DNA from: an uncultured Pelagibacteraceae bacterium
GTDB lineage: Bacteria; Pseudomonadota; Alphaproteobacteria; Pelagibacterales; Pelagibacteraceae
Direction of reading: 5' to 3'
Assembly (NCBI GenBank): GCA_902582165.1
Contig: CACHQZ010000003.1
Coordinates: 19,816-83,815 of the forward strand
DNA: 64,000 bases
The position numbers and the translations under genes were made by a program. Below, piece after piece: positions 9,887 through 21,450 of the stretch; the first letter of the stretch is position 1, and every line of letters begins with the position of its first letter. A model generated the notes under the pieces. That model was not told where the DNA came from, made no database searches, and saw nothing but the letters and a program-made list of their open reading frames with translations.

Positions 9887-9937
9887 TAGAAAAATTTAAA
9901 TAGAATTAACGTTAATGTCAAAAAATTATTGTTTAAT

Positions 9938-11014
9938 TCAGGTTTTTTTTAAAAACCTCAATATTATAGGTACCACGAAAAGTATCATTAAAAGTCTTAT
10001 AATATGATGAAAAGAAACAAATTCAGGATCTAAATCAAAGAATATAGCAATTACAGCTACTTCGTATATTCCGCCTGGGCAATAAGACAATAATAAAGTA
10101 AAAAAATTTTTATCAATAATCAGTCCAGCAACACTGGCAGCAATAACTCCCAAAATAACTAAAAGAAGAGTTGCAATTAAACTGTGAAAAGCATTTTTTC
10201 CAATCTCATTAAAAGTTTTATTAGCAAATCTACAACCGACTGATGCTCCAAGAATTAACAAACAATAATCGACTATATTCGATGAAAATTGATAAGAAGC
10301 TATTTCAGTAATTTGAAGAAGACCACTTGCAGTTAACGTTCCAGAAAGAAGAGCTGCAGGTAGACCAAATTTATCGAATAAAAAAATAAATATTATCGAT
10401 AAAAATATTAATATGATTAAATCTATTTCACTTTGATTTTGAATTATATCTTGATTTACTTCTAATGAGCTATTGTCATAAAAACCATAAACAATAAAAG
10501 GAAAAACAGTTATAATAATTATTAGTCTAATAAGATGGGCCGTAGCGACATGACTCAGGTCAGTTTTTTTCTCGTCTTCAGCTAATATCATTAAAGGGCC
10601 TAAGGCCCCAGGCGCAGCAGAAAAAATTGAAGTTTTTTCCCCGTAACCCGAAAACTTTTGAAGGTATTTGGAAACAATAAGAATGCTTAATATTATATAT
10701 ATTAACATTATTAAGGAAGTAAAAAACCAATCTTGAATTTGGTAAAAAAGATTTTTATCAATATAATTTCCAATATAAAGACCTAATAGGATTAAGGTTG
10801 AAGATAAAATAATTTTAGGTGTTTTGATACTGTATCCTAATAATGATGCTATTGAAGTAGCAAGCATTGGCCCTAGAAACCAAGCTAAAGGTATTTTGAA
10901 ATAATCCGCAATTAGTGCACTGGGTATAGAAATTACAATCATTAAAACAAAAGCAAATGAGAATATTTGATTAAAATTTTCTTTATTAAAAGGAATTGCT
11001 TGGTTATTCTTCAT
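9938..11014 (-). CDS. AbrB family duplicated membrane protein
   Basis: Two repeats with PLAWFLGP/PAALLSG, APGAL/CPGGIYE and HLIRL/HIIRL. Confidence 0.85.
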   Translation of the reverse strand: MKNNQAIPFNKENFNQIFSFAFVLMIVISIPSALIADYFKIPLAWFLGPMLATSIASLLGYSIKTPKIILSSTLILLGLYIGNYIDKNLFYQIQDWFFTSLIMLIYIILSILIVSKYLQKFSGYGEKTSIFSAAPGALGPLMILAEDEKKTDLSHVATAHLIRLIIIITVFPFIVYGFYDNSSLEVNQDIIQNQSEIDLIILIFLSIIFIFLFDKFGLPAALLSGTLTASGLLQITEIASYQFSSNIVDYCLLILGASVGCRFANKTFNEIGKNAFHSLIATLLLVILGVIAASVAGLIIDKNFFTLLLSYCPGGIYEVAVIAIFFDLDPEFVSFHHIIRLLMILFVVPIILRFLKKT

Positions 11015-11019
11015 AATTA

Positions 11020-11784
11020 ATGATTCTTGGATTTATAGGAACTGGTAAAATATCGTCATCTATCATTTACGGTATTTTTAACTCAAAATTAAAAGTTAAG
11101 AGAATTTATATCTCCTCAAGAAACAGAAGCATAGCTAAAAAGTTAGAAAAAAAATATAGACAGGTAAAAAGGATTAGCAATAACCAAGAAATTATCAATA
11201 AATCCTCAACTATTATATTAGGTGTTACTCCAAATATTGGCAACATTATCTTGTCAAAATTAAAATTTCCAAAAAATAAAAAAATCATTAGTTTAATTTC
11301 AACTATAAAATTAGATAAACTAAGAAAACTAACCCGCAATAAAAATATTGTGAGAGCAACCCCTTTACCACCTATTGAGATAAATAAGGGGCCAATAATT
11401 ATTTATCCGCCAAATAAAAGTGCAAAAAATTTATTTAAGCACTTGGGAAAAGTGATTGAGATAAGAAACGAAAAACTGAGTTATAAATTTTGGTCAACAG
11501 CCTCTTTAATGGCTGCATATTACGAAATTCTTAACGTTAGTTCTAAATGGTTAATAAAAAAAGGTATTAATAAAAAAATGGCAAACAAGTATATATCTGA
11601 ATTATTTTTATCTTTAAGCCAAGATGCTGTTAGAAAGCACTCTCAAGGGTTTAAGAAACTTGTCGCAGACTCTCAAACTCCAAAAGGCCTTAATATGCAA
11701 GTTTTAAACGAATTGAGGAGATCAAAATTTTTTAAAAGTTTTGAAAAATCTCTCGAGAATGTTAATAAGCGAGTAAGTAAATAA
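11020..11784 (+). CDS. proC: Pyrroline-5-carboxylate reductase family protein
   Basis: N-terminal GFIGTGKI Rossmann motif and TPKGLN dimerisation motif. Confidence 0.7.
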   Translation: MILGFIGTGKISSSIIYGIFNSKLKVKRIYISSRNRSIAKKLEKKYRQVKRISNNQEIINKSSTIILGVTPNIGNIILSKLKFPKNKKIISLISTIKLDKLRKLTRNKNIVRATPLPPIEINKGPIIIYPPNKSAKNLFKHLGKVIEIRNEKLSYKFWSTASLMAAYYEILNVSSKWLIKKGINKKMANKYISELFLSLSQDAVRKHSQGFKKLVADSQTPKGLNMQVLNELRRSKFFKSFEKSLENVNKRVSK

Positions 11785-11800
11785 ATCAACTAAATTTTTT

Positions 11801-12238
11801 ATGAGTTCAGAAACCTTTAATTGGAAGTGTAGTCATACTTGGTCAAGAAGTGCAAAAAATACATTTTGGTGTTTACTTGGATGTTCTATTGGAGACTTTG
11901 GAACTATTTTATTTTTTCAATTAACTAAAATCCCCTTTCCTGTTTTAGCAATAATGATCCTAGCTATAATTAACGGAATTATTACAAGTATAATTTTAGA
12001 AACGATTATCTTATTAAGACAAAATTTTTCTTTAAAGTTAGCTTTTAAAACAGCTGTTGGAATGAGTTTAATTTCAATGGTAAGTATGGAAATTGCTATG
12101 AATGCTACTGATTATTTTCTTACAGGAGGAGCTATTTTAACTTGGTGGGTTGTGCCGATAATGTTAGCTGTTGGTTTTGTTACCCCTTGGCCATATAATT
12201 ATTGGAGACTAAAAAAATTTAACGAAGCTTGCCATTAA
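11801..12238 (+). CDS. DUF4396 family membrane protein
   Basis: TFWCLLGCSIGD, MSLISMVSME, WPYNYW, terminal CH. Confidence 0.8.
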   Translation: MSSETFNWKCSHTWSRSAKNTFWCLLGCSIGDFGTILFFQLTKIPFPVLAIMILAIINGIITSIILETIILLRQNFSLKLAFKTAVGMSLISMVSMEIAMNATDYFLTGGAILTWWVVPIMLAVGFVTPWPYNYWRLKKFNEACH

Positions 12239-12765
12239 GTAATTTTGTTTAAGATTTTATCCTTAAAAACAAAATGATGAACAATTACTGCAATTATATG
12301 CAGACTTACAAGTGCTAATAATATGTAATTAGCGTAAATGTGAACTTGGTAATAAGCATCAGCCAAAACAAAATTATCTTTTTCAAATCCATATTTAAAA
12401 AATATAAAATTAAGTGTTTCTCCCATATAGAGTTTTTTAAGAATGCCAGAAATGGTTATAGTAAAAATACTTAGATAAAGTAAAAAATGATTAACTTTGC
12501 CGATAAAAACTTGTCCTTTAAAAAAACTTCTAGTTTCAGATGGACTTGGGTTAAAAAATTTCCAAATTAGCCTGAACAATGTTAAATAAAAAACGGTTAT
12601 TCCAACTAGGATATGTATATTTTCAAATTCAATTCTTTCATCAGAGAATTCAAGCCCTACTAAATAAAATCCAAAAGGAACTTGAGCGATTAAGACAATA
12701 AATGTAACCCAGTGGAACAATTTGGCCAATAGTCCATATTCCTTTTGACTGTTAAAAATTTTCAT
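12235..12765 (-). CDS. Cytochrome b561 (CybB/YceJ-like)
   Basis: Four TMs with heme histidines: LFHW, IHILVG, NHFLLY, HIYA..LHIIAVIVHH. Confidence 0.88.
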   Translation of the reverse strand: MKIFNSQKEYGLLAKLFHWVTFIVLIAQVPFGFYLVGLEFSDERIEFENIHILVGITVFYLTLFRLIWKFFNPSPSETRSFFKGQVFIGKVNHFLLYLSIFTITISGILKKLYMGETLNFIFFKYGFEKDNFVLADAYYQVHIYANYILLALVSLHIIAVIVHHFVFKDKILNKIT

Positions 12766-12783
12766 TAATAATTATAATTAAAT

Positions 12784-13266
12784 ATGTCATTTAAAAATAC
12801 CATATCTAAATTCATTGTCTTAACAGTAGTATTATTCTTTGTATTTTATATCTTTAATTTTGTCACAGATAAAAAAGAAGCTTTAGCCAATATTAACAAT
12901 AAACAAATTGTTGAAGTTTTTAAGACACCCTCATGTGGATGTTGTTACGGGTATGTCTTATTTTTAGAAGAGGAAAAATTTAAAGTAAAACAAACAGATA
13001 TGAGAAGCCTTCATACAATAAAACAAAAATATAATATCCCAGTAGAAATGCAATCTTGTCATACTACAATTATGGGTAAATACTTTATTGAAGGACATGT
13101 CCCCTTTGAAGCAGTAAATAAATTATTAAAAGAGCAACCAGATATTGATGGTATAGCTTTACCTGGAATGCCTATTGGCACACCAGGAATGCCAGGTGAT
13201 AAAGATGAGCCTTATGTTATTTATCAACTTAAAGATGGGAAATCTTCAGTATTCATGACAATATAA
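12784..13266 (+). CDS. DUF411/CopG periplasmic metal-binding protein
   Basis: PSCGCC, SCHT, IEGHVP, LPGMPIGTPGM. Confidence 0.88.
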   Translation: MSFKNTISKFIVLTVVLFFVFYIFNFVTDKKEALANINNKQIVEVFKTPSCGCCYGYVLFLEEEKFKVKQTDMRSLHTIKQKYNIPVEMQSCHTTIMGKYFIEGHVPFEAVNKLLKEQPDIDGIALPGMPIGTPGMPGDKDEPYVIYQLKDGKSSVFMTI

Positions 13267-13271
13267 ATTTT

Positions 13272-13721
13272 ATGATACGAAAGATAAAAATAATAAAAAC
13301 ACTTATTATTATTTTTTCTTTGTGCTTTTCTTTTTCTGCCAATGCTCAAACTGTAGAGGAAATTATTAAAGGTAGAAAAGCAATGTTTAGCGAAAATTAT
13401 CAAAACGCTAAAAAAATATCTATATTACTGAAATCTAAAAGAATTGAAGAGGCCAAACCTTTAATGAAAAAAATTTCAGATAATTATATAAAATTATTAG
13501 ATTATTTTCCTGAAAATGCAAAAGAGGGGTTTAAAACAGGAGCACTACCGAGCATTTGGGAGAATAAAGATGAATTCAATGCTTTAATGAAAAAAGCATC
13601 AGATGATATGATAAAACTTGCCAAAGCAATTGAGACTGCTGAAGATCTAAGAGCAGTGCAGAAAGAATTAATGTGGAGCAATTGTTCGGCTTGTCATAGT
13701 AAGTTTAGAGCGCCTCATTAA
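13272..13721 (+). CDS. Cytochrome c' / c556 (class II)
   Basis: Signal peptide, RKAMF, ALPSIWE, C-terminal CSACHSKFR. Confidence 0.88.
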   Translation: MIRKIKIIKTLIIIFSLCFSFSANAQTVEEIIKGRKAMFSENYQNAKKISILLKSKRIEEAKPLMKKISDNYIKLLDYFPENAKEGFKTGALPSIWENKDEFNALMKKASDDMIKLAKAIETAEDLRAVQKELMWSNCSACHSKFRAPH

Positions 13722-13727
13722 ATTTAA

Positions 13728-14315
13728 ATGCAACTTTTTCCATTAATCTTATTCGGTATTGCAACCGCGTTTTCTCCTGGTCCAAATAATATTATGACAT
13801 CTTATACAGCTTTTAATTTTGGGTTTAGAAAAGCGATTCCTACAATGCTTGGCGTTATTATTGGATGGACGCTGTTAATTATACTTTTGCAATTAATGTC
13901 TTCAGCTGTTTTTCAAAAGTATGCATTTATTCAAACTACTATTAAAATATTAGGATCAATTTATTTATTTTATATGGCATATAAGTTATCTTTTGCAGGA
14001 CAATCTAATGACAAAAAAATTGATCCAAAACCAGTAACTTTTTTAAATACTTTTTGGTTTCAATTTGTTAATCCCAAAAGTATTATAGTTGGACTCACTT
14101 CAATTTCTTTATTTATTGACACACAAAATAATTACTTAAGAGACTCGATTATTTTAACATTTGTGTGGTTTTTGATGGCTATTGGAAGCCAAACAGCTTG
14201 GTGTTTAATGGGTAAATATATGAGAAAATTCGCCACAAGTGATAAATTTATTAAGAATTTTAATTACACGATGTCTTTTTTACTTATCGTTTGCGTGATT
14301 TTGTTCTATGTATAG
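13728..14315 (+). CDS. LysE family amino acid exporter
   Basis: FSPGPNN and FQFVNPK motifs. Confidence 0.88.
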   Translation: MQLFPLILFGIATAFSPGPNNIMTSYTAFNFGFRKAIPTMLGVIIGWTLLIILLQLMSSAVFQKYAFIQTTIKILGSIYLFYMAYKLSFAGQSNDKKIDPKPVTFLNTFWFQFVNPKSIIVGLTSISLFIDTQNNYLRDSIILTFVWFLMAIGSQTAWCLMGKYMRKFATSDKFIKNFNYTMSFLLIVCVILFYV

Positions 14316-14318
14316 CGC

Positions 14319-16991
14319 ATGAAATTTAATAGTAAAAATTCCTTTAAATCATTAGATAATATTTCATCATCAGGTAAAGATTATAAAATCTTCAATTTGA
14401 AAAAAGCTGAAAAAAATGGTTTAGATGGAATTTCAAAACTGCCAAAATCTCTTAAAGTTTTATTAGAAAATTTACTTAGATACGAAGACGATATAACTGT
14501 CGATAAAAAACAGATTTTAGCAATCAAAGAGTGGTTAAAAAATAAAAAATCTAATACTGAAATAGCTTACAGACCAGCTAGAGTTTTAATGCAGGACTAT
14601 ACTGGAATCCCAGCGGTTGCGGATTTAGCTGCCATGAGAGATGCTGTAAAAGATAAAAATAAAGATCCAGAAAAAATAAACCCCTTATCAACTGTAGACT
14701 TAGTAATCGATCATTCAGTAATGGTTGACGAATATGCTTCAGGAAGATCGTTTGATAAAAATGTAGAGAGGGAATTTTCTAGAAATGGAGAGCGGTATTC
14801 TTTCTTAAAATGGGGACAGCAAGCTTTTGATAATTTTAGAGTAGTGCCACCAGGAACAGGTATTTGCCATCAAGTAAACTTGGAATATTTATCTAAAGTT
14901 GTTTGGTCATCTAAAAGCGGGAATGATTTATATGCTTACCCGGATACTTTAGTTGGAACAGACAGTCACACCACTATGGTTAACGGTTTATCCGTATTAG
15001 GCTGGGGTGTTGGTGGTATCGAAGCCGAAGCTGCTATGTTAGGACAGCCAATTTCAATGTTAATTCCTGAAGTGGTTGGAGTTGAAATTAAAGGTAAGCT
15101 TAAAGAGGGCACAACTGCAACAGATTTAGTCTTAACAATTGTGGAAATGTTAAGAAAAAAAGGTGTTGTAGGAAAATTTGTAGAATTTTATGGAGAAGGA
15201 CTAAAAAATTTAACTTTAGCTGATAGAGCAACTATTGCGAACATGGCTCCTGAATATGGAGCGACATGTGGTTTCTTCCCTGTTGACGATGAGTCATTAA
15301 AGTATTTAAAATTATCTGGAAGAGATGAGGCTATAATAGCTTTGGTAGAAAAATATTCAAAAGAACAAGGGCTATGGGCAAGTAATGATGTGGAGTTTAC
15401 TGATACAGTATCTCTAGATGTAAGCACAGTTGTAACAAGTATCTCTGGACCTAAAAGACCTCAAGATAAAGTTTTACTAACTGAGGCAGCAAGTTCATTC
15501 GCTAAAGTTTATAAAGAAAACGCTAAAAGATCTAAAGTTGTAGAGTCTAATGTTGCAGGAGCAGACTTTAAATTAAAAGATGGGGATATTGTTATTGCAG
15601 CAATTACCTCATGTACTAATACATCAAATCCAAGCGTTCTAATCGGAGCTGGACTTCTTGCTAAAAAAGCTTATGAGAAAGGATTAAAAGTAAAACCGTG
15701 GGTCAAAACTTCTTTAGCGCCAGGATCGCAAGTTGTTACTGACTACTTAGAAAAAGCTGGCTTAAATAAATATTTAGATGAATTAGGTTTTAATCTTGTA
15801 GGGTATGGTTGCACTACATGTATTGGAAATTCAGGACCATTAAATAAAGATATATCAGATGCAATTCACGAAAAAGATTTGTATGCGGTTTCAGTTTTAT
15901 CCGGGAATAGGAACTTTGAAGGTAGAATAAATCCTGATGTAAAAGCGAATTATCTAGCATCACCCCCTTTAGTTGTTGCTTATGCTTTAGCTGGGAATAT
16001 GAATTTTGATTTATATAAATCTTCTCTTGGGAAAGATAAAGCTGGCAAAGATGTTTTCTTGAAAGATATTTGGCCGAGCAACAAAGAAATTGAAGATATT
16101 ATGCTTACTTCTTTAAATGCTGACATGTTTAAAAAAAGATATTCTAATGTTTCAGAAGGACCAAAAGAATGGAGAGAGATCGATACAGTTGACAGTGATA
16201 TTTATAATTGGGAACAAAACTCAACATATGTAAAAAGACCACCTTTTTTTGATAATCTTCCTGATAAACCTGAAGGTTTTAAGGCAATTAATGATGCTAG
16301 AATACTTCTTTTATTAGGAGACACAGTAACTACAGATCATATTTCACCAGCAGGAAGCATCAAGAAAGATAGTCCAACGGGGGATTATTTTATGGAACAT
16401 CAAATCCAACAAAAAGACTTCAACTCTTATGGAGCGAGAAGAGGAAATCATGAAGTAATGATGAGAGGAACTTTTGGAAATATCAAAATTAGAAATGAAA
16501 TGGCGCCTGGAACAGAGGGTGGATTTACTACTCTACAGCCTGATGACAAGGTTATGAGCGTTTATGAAGCTGCAATGGAATATAAAAAAAGAAATAATGA
16601 TTTAGTTGTCATTGCTGGTAAAGAATACGGAACAGGTTCTTCAAGAGACTGGGCAGCTAAAGGAACAAAGTTATTAGGAATTAAGGCTGTGTTAGCTGAA
16701 AGTTTTGAAAGAATTCACAGATCAAATTTAGTAGGTATGGGTGTTTTGCCTCTACAATTCAAAGAAGGTTTTGATAGAAAAAAATTAAAAATAACAGGAG
16801 CTGAACTCATCACAATAATTGATATTGAAAAAGGAATTAAACCAAGAGCAGAGGTAGCTTGTGAGATCAAATATAAAGATGGTACAATTAAAAAGATACA
16901 AGCTTTGAGTAGAATAGATACTGAGAATGAAATAGAATATTACAAAAACGGAGGAATTCTTCAGTATGTTTTACGTAACATGCTCAATTAA
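14319..16991 (+). CDS. acnA: Aconitate hydratase A
   Basis: [46 protein letters not shown]. Confidence 0.97.
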   Translation: MKFNSKNSFKSLDNISSSGKDYKIFNLKKAEKNGLDGISKLPKSLKVLLENLLRYEDDITVDKKQILAIKEWLKNKKSNTEIAYRPARVLMQDYTGIPAVADLAAMRDAVKDKNKDPEKINPLSTVDLVIDHSVMVDEYASGRSFDKNVEREFSRNGERYSFLKWGQQAFDNFRVVPPGTGICHQVNLEYLSKVVWSSKSGNDLYAYPDTLVGTDSHTTMVNGLSVLGWGVGGIEAEAAMLGQPISMLIPEVVGVEIKGKLKEGTTATDLVLTIVEMLRKKGVVGKFVEFYGEGLKNLTLADRATIANMAPEYGATCGFFPVDDESLKYLKLSGRDEAIIALVEKYSKEQGLWASNDVEFTDTVSLDVSTVVTSISGPKRPQDKVLLTEAASSFAKVYKENAKRSKVVESNVAGADFKLKDGDIVIAAITSCTNTSNPSVLIGAGLLAKKAYEKGLKVKPWVKTSLAPGSQVVTDYLEKAGLNKYLDELGFNLVGYGCTTCIGNSGPLNKDISDAIHEKDLYAVSVLSGNRNFEGRINPDVKANYLASPPLVVAYALAGNMNFDLYKSSLGKDKAGKDVFLKDIWPSNKEIEDIMLTSLNADMFKKRYSNVSEGPKEWREIDTVDSDIYNWEQNSTYVKRPPFFDNLPDKPEGFKAINDARILLLLGDTVTTDHISPAGSIKKDSPTGDYFMEHQIQQKDFNSYGARRGNHEVMMRGTFGNIKIRNEMAPGTEGGFTTLQPDDKVMSVYEAAMEYKKRNNDLVVIAGKEYGTGSSRDWAAKGTKLLGIKAVLAESFERIHRSNLVGMGVLPLQFKEGFDRKKLKITGAELITIIDIEKGIKPRAEVACEIKYKDGTIKKIQALSRIDTENEIEYYKNGGILQYVLRNMLN

Positions 16992-18496
16992 TGAGAAATA
17001 TAACAGTAAAAGTTCACCCATCTAAAGCTAATTTAAAAAAGAAAGAACAACTAGCGTGGAAGATTGCAGAAATTTCATCTGACAAAGCGAAATTAAATAA
17101 AGATGCAATTGAGATGGTTATCAATAGAATTATTGATAATGCGTCAGTAGCAATAGCGTCCTATAATAGGAAGCCTGTTGTTTCTGCAAGACAAATGGCT
17201 TTAGCACATCCTAGAAAAAATGGAGCAAATGTTTTTGGATTAAGTTCTAAAGTTAAAGTAGATTGTGAATGGGCTGCTTGGGCAAATGGTACTGCAGTAA
17301 GAGAACTTGATTATCATGATACTTTTTTAGCAGCAGATTATAGTCATCCTGGAGATAATATACCCGCAATTTTAGCTGTGGCTCAACAAAAAGGATGCAA
17401 TGGATTAGATCTTATCAGAGGGATTTTAACTGGTTATGAAGTTCAAGTTAATTTAGTAAAAGGGATTTGTTTACATGAACATAAAATAGATCACATAGCA
17501 CATTTAGGACCAAGTGTTGCAGCAGGTTTAGGAAGTTTATTAAAATTAAATACGGAAACAATCTATCAGTCGGTTCAACAAGCTCTGCATACAACTATTT
17601 CAACTCGACAATCAAGAAAAGGAGAAATTTCAAGTTGGAAAGCTTTTGCTCCTGCACATGCCGGCAAGTTAGCAGTCGAAGCAGTAGATAGATGTATGAG
17701 AGGTGAGGGTGCTCCTAGTCCCATATATGAGGGCGAAGATAGTGTTATAGCTTATGTTCTGTCAGGCCCTGGAAAAAAATATATTGTTCCTTTACCAAAG
17801 GTTAATGAGCCAAAAAAAGCAATATTAGAAACTTACACTAAAGAGCATTCTGCTGAGTATCAGTCACAGGCATTAATTGATTTAGCAAGAAGTTTAAATA
17901 AGAAAATTAAAAATTTAAATAACATAAAAAAAATTACAATAGAAACAAGTCATCATACACATTATGTAATTGGAACTGGTGCTAACGATCCTCAAAAAAT
18001 GGATCCTTATGCAAGCAGAGAAACTTTAGATCACTCTATAATGTATATATTTGCTGTAGCTTTAGAGGATGGAGCTTGGCATCACGTAAAGTCTTACACA
18101 CCACAAAGAGCTAGACGAAAAAGCACAGTTCAACTTTGGCGAAAAATAGTAACCAAAGAGAATAAGAAATGGACAAAAAAATATCATAACAGGGATCCTA
18201 AAAAGAAATGTTTTGGTGGAAAAGTTATTGTCAAATTGAAAAACGGTTCCACAATATCAGAGGAGATCAATGTGGCAGATGCTCATCCAGCTGGAAAACG
18301 ACCATTCGGAAGAAAAGAATATATTAATAAATTTAAAGTTCTAACAGATAATATTATTTCAAAAAAAGAGTCACAAAGATTTTTAAAATGTGTTCAAAAT
18401 TTGAGAAAATTAAAACCTAAAGATCTCAAAGGACTTAATGTGGAAATTTTACCTAAAATGAGAAAAAGAATTAAAAATAGTAAAAGTATTTTTTAA
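16991..18496 (+). CDS. prpD: 2-methylcitrate dehydratase (MmgE/PrpD family)
   Basis: [37 protein letters not shown]. Confidence 0.9.
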   Translation: MRNITVKVHPSKANLKKKEQLAWKIAEISSDKAKLNKDAIEMVINRIIDNASVAIASYNRKPVVSARQMALAHPRKNGANVFGLSSKVKVDCEWAAWANGTAVRELDYHDTFLAADYSHPGDNIPAILAVAQQKGCNGLDLIRGILTGYEVQVNLVKGICLHEHKIDHIAHLGPSVAAGLGSLLKLNTETIYQSVQQALHTTISTRQSRKGEISSWKAFAPAHAGKLAVEAVDRCMRGEGAPSPIYEGEDSVIAYVLSGPGKKYIVPLPKVNEPKKAILETYTKEHSAEYQSQALIDLARSLNKKIKNLNNIKKITIETSHHTHYVIGTGANDPQKMDPYASRETLDHSIMYIFAVALEDGAWHHVKSYTPQRARRKSTVQLWRKIVTKENKKWTKKYHNRDPKKKCFGGKVIVKLKNGSTISEEINVADAHPAGKRPFGRKEYINKFKVLTDNIISKKESQRFLKCVQNLRKLKPKDLKGLNVEILPKMRKRIKNSKSIF

Positions 18497-19459
18497 TTAT
18501 TTAATTTTCTTAGCTAAATCGTATGCACTTAACCAAGCATTTTCAACCTTAGGACCAATAAACCAGTCGGCGCACAATCCTAATCTTATTTTTTTATTCC
18601 AATAACTTTTAAAAGGAGAACCTTTTAAATTATAAGAATATTTCCACCCATGTGTTTTTTTGAAAATAATCTTATTTTTTTTGTAGCCTGTAAATTTTAA
18701 AAATTTTGATATTAAGGTATTCTCTGCCTTTTTATTTTTTTTATAATTATTAATATTTTTTCTTGCCCATCCGATCGATGATTGTAATGTCCAAAGTGAA
18801 TTAGAAGAATTAAATCTATTTTTACTATTCTCTAAAGCTGCCCACGTTAAAATGTTGTCATTAAATTTTATACTACTTATTGGGACAGTTTTTTGATTTT
18901 TAAAAGCTAACATTGTTGTAATGTTTGGCTCCATATTAATTTTTAAATTTAATATTTTTTTTCCAATATATTTTCCTGCAATTTTTTTTAATTGCGGAAA
19001 TGGACAAGTTAAAATTATCGACTTAGCCTGAATATTTTTACCATTATCTAGTTTTATCTCCCAAAAAAATTTATTATTTAAAATTGATTTGACTGATGAT
19101 TGAAAACTTTTCTTAATTTTTTTGGTATAATATTTAGAAATAAAATTATTACCTATTGAGCCAATAAATTTTTCAGATATTTCTTTTTTTTCAAAGGTCA
19201 AATCTATATGGGCACCACCCCAAATTTTAGCCTTCTTTTTTTTGTACAAATTCTTTATAAATTTTTTAAATTCTTTTGATTTAGGAGATATATATTGTAC
19301 ACCGTGGTCGAAGCTTAAATTTTGTTTATATCTTTTATTAGACGCACGTCCACCTGGACCCCTTGCTTTATCTAGAATATGAACAGAGTATTTTTTTGAG
19401 AGAAGGTGAGCTATCGTAGAGCCAGATACACCTGACCCTATAATACAAAAGTCTAACAT
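18497..19459 (-). CDS. Renalase-like FAD-dependent oxidoreductase
   Basis: IIGSGVSG, DKARGPGGR, FDHGVQY, HGWKYS, CADWF..VENAWLS. Confidence 0.82.
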   Translation of the reverse strand: MLDFCIIGSGVSGSTIAHLLSKKYSVHILDKARGPGGRASNKRYKQNLSFDHGVQYISPKSKEFKKFIKNLYKKKKAKIWGGAHIDLTFEKKEISEKFIGSIGNNFISKYYTKKIKKSFQSSVKSILNNKFFWEIKLDNGKNIQAKSIILTCPFPQLKKIAGKYIGKKILNLKINMEPNITTMLAFKNQKTVPISSIKFNDNILTWAALENSKNRFNSSNSLWTLQSSIGWARKNINNYKKNKKAENTLISKFLKFTGYKKNKIIFKKTHGWKYSYNLKGSPFKSYWNKKIRLGLCADWFIGPKVENAWLSAYDLAKKIK

Positions 19460-20076
19460 TATAAAAATAAAAATTTATATTTTTCGTTAATTGAGAGAAC
19501 TTCGTAGTTTACTAATCCTCCAATAATTAATTGAATTGAGATTATTAAAATTACAAATAAACCTAAATATCCCAACCACATATGTTTTTTTATATATTCT
19601 GCGAAATAACTTGCAAGTGTGGCAATTAAAAATACTGATAGCAGTAATCCTATTACCATTAAATGAAAATTACCTTTTGAAGCCGCTACTACTGCAATAG
19701 TGTTATCAAAACTTAATGTTAGGTCTGCAATTAATACTTGATAAACTCCTACACTGAAACTTTTTGTTTCTCCTGATTTTAGCTGCGGTGTTTTAATTTT
19801 ATTTTTTCCAAAAAAGTCTTGCCTTAAATTATTAATTACCCATAAAAGCAAAACTCCACCTAAAATTTTTATCCAAGCGAATTCAAACAAATAGTTAGCC
19901 CCAGACGCAAAAACTATTCTGAACAAGAATGCCGCTGCAACTCCCCAGGCTATAATCTTTCGCCTATTATCAGTTGCGAATCCAGCAGCGATTAAACCTA
20001 TTATGATTGCGTTATCTGCAGCCATAACAATATCTATGAGTATAATTTGAATTGAGATAATTACTTGCTCTAACAT
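19459..20076 (-). CDS. TerC/YjbE family membrane protein
   Basis: DIVMAADNAIII and ADLTLSFDN motifs. Confidence 0.88.
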   Translation of the reverse strand: MLEQVIISIQIILIDIVMAADNAIIIGLIAAGFATDNRRKIIAWGVAAAFLFRIVFASGANYLFEFAWIKILGGVLLLWVINNLRQDFFGKNKIKTPQLKSGETKSFSVGVYQVLIADLTLSFDNTIAVVAASKGNFHLMVIGLLLSVFLIATLASYFAEYIKKHMWLGYLGLFVILIISIQLIIGGLVNYEVLSINEKYKFLFL

Positions 20077-20123
20077 TCGAGAATCAATGTATATAAGGTT
20101 ATAAGGTTATATTAAAGAATAAA

Positions 20124-21449
20124 ATGGAACTATTCAAAAGCACATCAAAATTTTCAAAAAAACAATTAATTCTGTTGTCCATACCGGTTTTTTTTTCAAA
20201 TATAGCTATACCACTTGTTGGCATGGTTGATACTGGTTTAATGGGGAATCTGGGTGAAACAAAGTATTTAGCCGCAACAAGTATAGCAACATCCGTGATG
20301 ACAATGATCATTTGGAGTTTTGGTTTTTTACGAATGGGCACCGTTGGTATAGTAGCTCAAGCATATGGAAAAAGTGATTATAGAGAAATTGTTAAAACAC
20401 TACTACGAAACTTAGTTATCGCATTAATTGTTGCCTTAATAATAATCATTTTCACTCCACTAATAAAAATATCAATAAATTATTTTTTTTCCTCATCAGA
20501 CGAAACTGAGGTATTAATAAATCAATATTTAAACATAAGAGTTTTTTCAGTCCCAGCAGAATTGATTATGTACATCATGATAGGTTTTTATTTAGGTATT
20601 CAAAAAACCAAAATTTCAAGTTTATTAATAATAATGCTATCTTCTCTCAATATAATTTTAAGCTCTTTATTTGTTCTAACATACGACTTTAAAGTAGTTG
20701 GTGTAGCTCTAGGTACTCTATTGGCAAGTTATATTACAACAATTATTTTCCTATTTTATACTTATAATTTTATTATCAAAAAATTCAAAATTATACCAAA
20801 ATTTGAGAATTTAATGAATAAATCAAAACTAATAAAACTATTTAATATCAACTTTGATATTTTTGTGAGAACTTTGTTTTTAACTTTTGCCTTTTTATGG
20901 GTAACGTATTTAGGTTCAAAAATTGGTGAAGACTATCTAGCAGTGAATACGATACTCTTGCAATTTATAATTCTTGCCGCTTTTTTTCTAGATGCTTATG
21001 CTTTTTCGACAGAAGGAGTCGTTGGATTTGCTATAGGAAGAAGAAATTTTAAATCTTTCATGCTTGTTGTGAAAGAGTCAATCAAAGTAAGTTTTGTTAC
21101 AGCTATACTCATTTCTATTTTATATTTAATTTTTTTTAAAGAAATAGTAAATATAATCACAGATATTGAAATTCTAAGATTTATCTCATTTCAACATATC
21201 TTTTGGATAATATTAATTCCACCAGTAGCAAGTCTTTGTTATCAGTTAGATGGCATTTTTATTGGCGTCTCACAAACCAAAGAAATGAAAAATGCAATGA
21301 TTGTATCTGTACTGGGTTTTATTGCAGTTTCAATTTTTCTTACCAAATATCTTGCAAATCACGGTATTTGGTTTTCTCTTTTATTATTTATGATATTTAG
21401 GAGTCTCACTTTACAATTTTATTTTAAAAAAATTTTAAATAGATTTTAA
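20124..21449 (+). CDS. MATE efflux transporter (DinF-like)
   Basis: PLVGMVDT, FGFLRMGT, FFLDAYA, YQLDGIFIG. Confidence 0.9.
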   Translation: MELFKSTSKFSKKQLILLSIPVFFSNIAIPLVGMVDTGLMGNLGETKYLAATSIATSVMTMIIWSFGFLRMGTVGIVAQAYGKSDYREIVKTLLRNLVIALIVALIIIIFTPLIKISINYFFSSSDETEVLINQYLNIRVFSVPAELIMYIMIGFYLGIQKTKISSLLIIMLSSLNIILSSLFVLTYDFKVVGVALGTLLASYITTIIFLFYTYNFIIKKFKIIPKFENLMNKSKLIKLFNINFDIFVRTLFLTFAFLWVTYLGSKIGEDYLAVNTILLQFIILAAFFLDAYAFSTEGVVGFAIGRRNFKSFMLVVKESIKVSFVTAILISILYLIFFKEIVNIITDIEILRFISFQHIFWIILIPPVASLCYQLDGIFIGVSQTKEMKNAMIVSVLGFIAVSIFLTKYLANHGIWFSLLLFMIFRSLTLQFYFKKILNRF

Positions 21450-21450
21450 T

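Noticed and set aside
9938-11014. Ammonia monooxygenase
   Set aside because: This is a legacy label for the AbrB family; no amoABC features are present.
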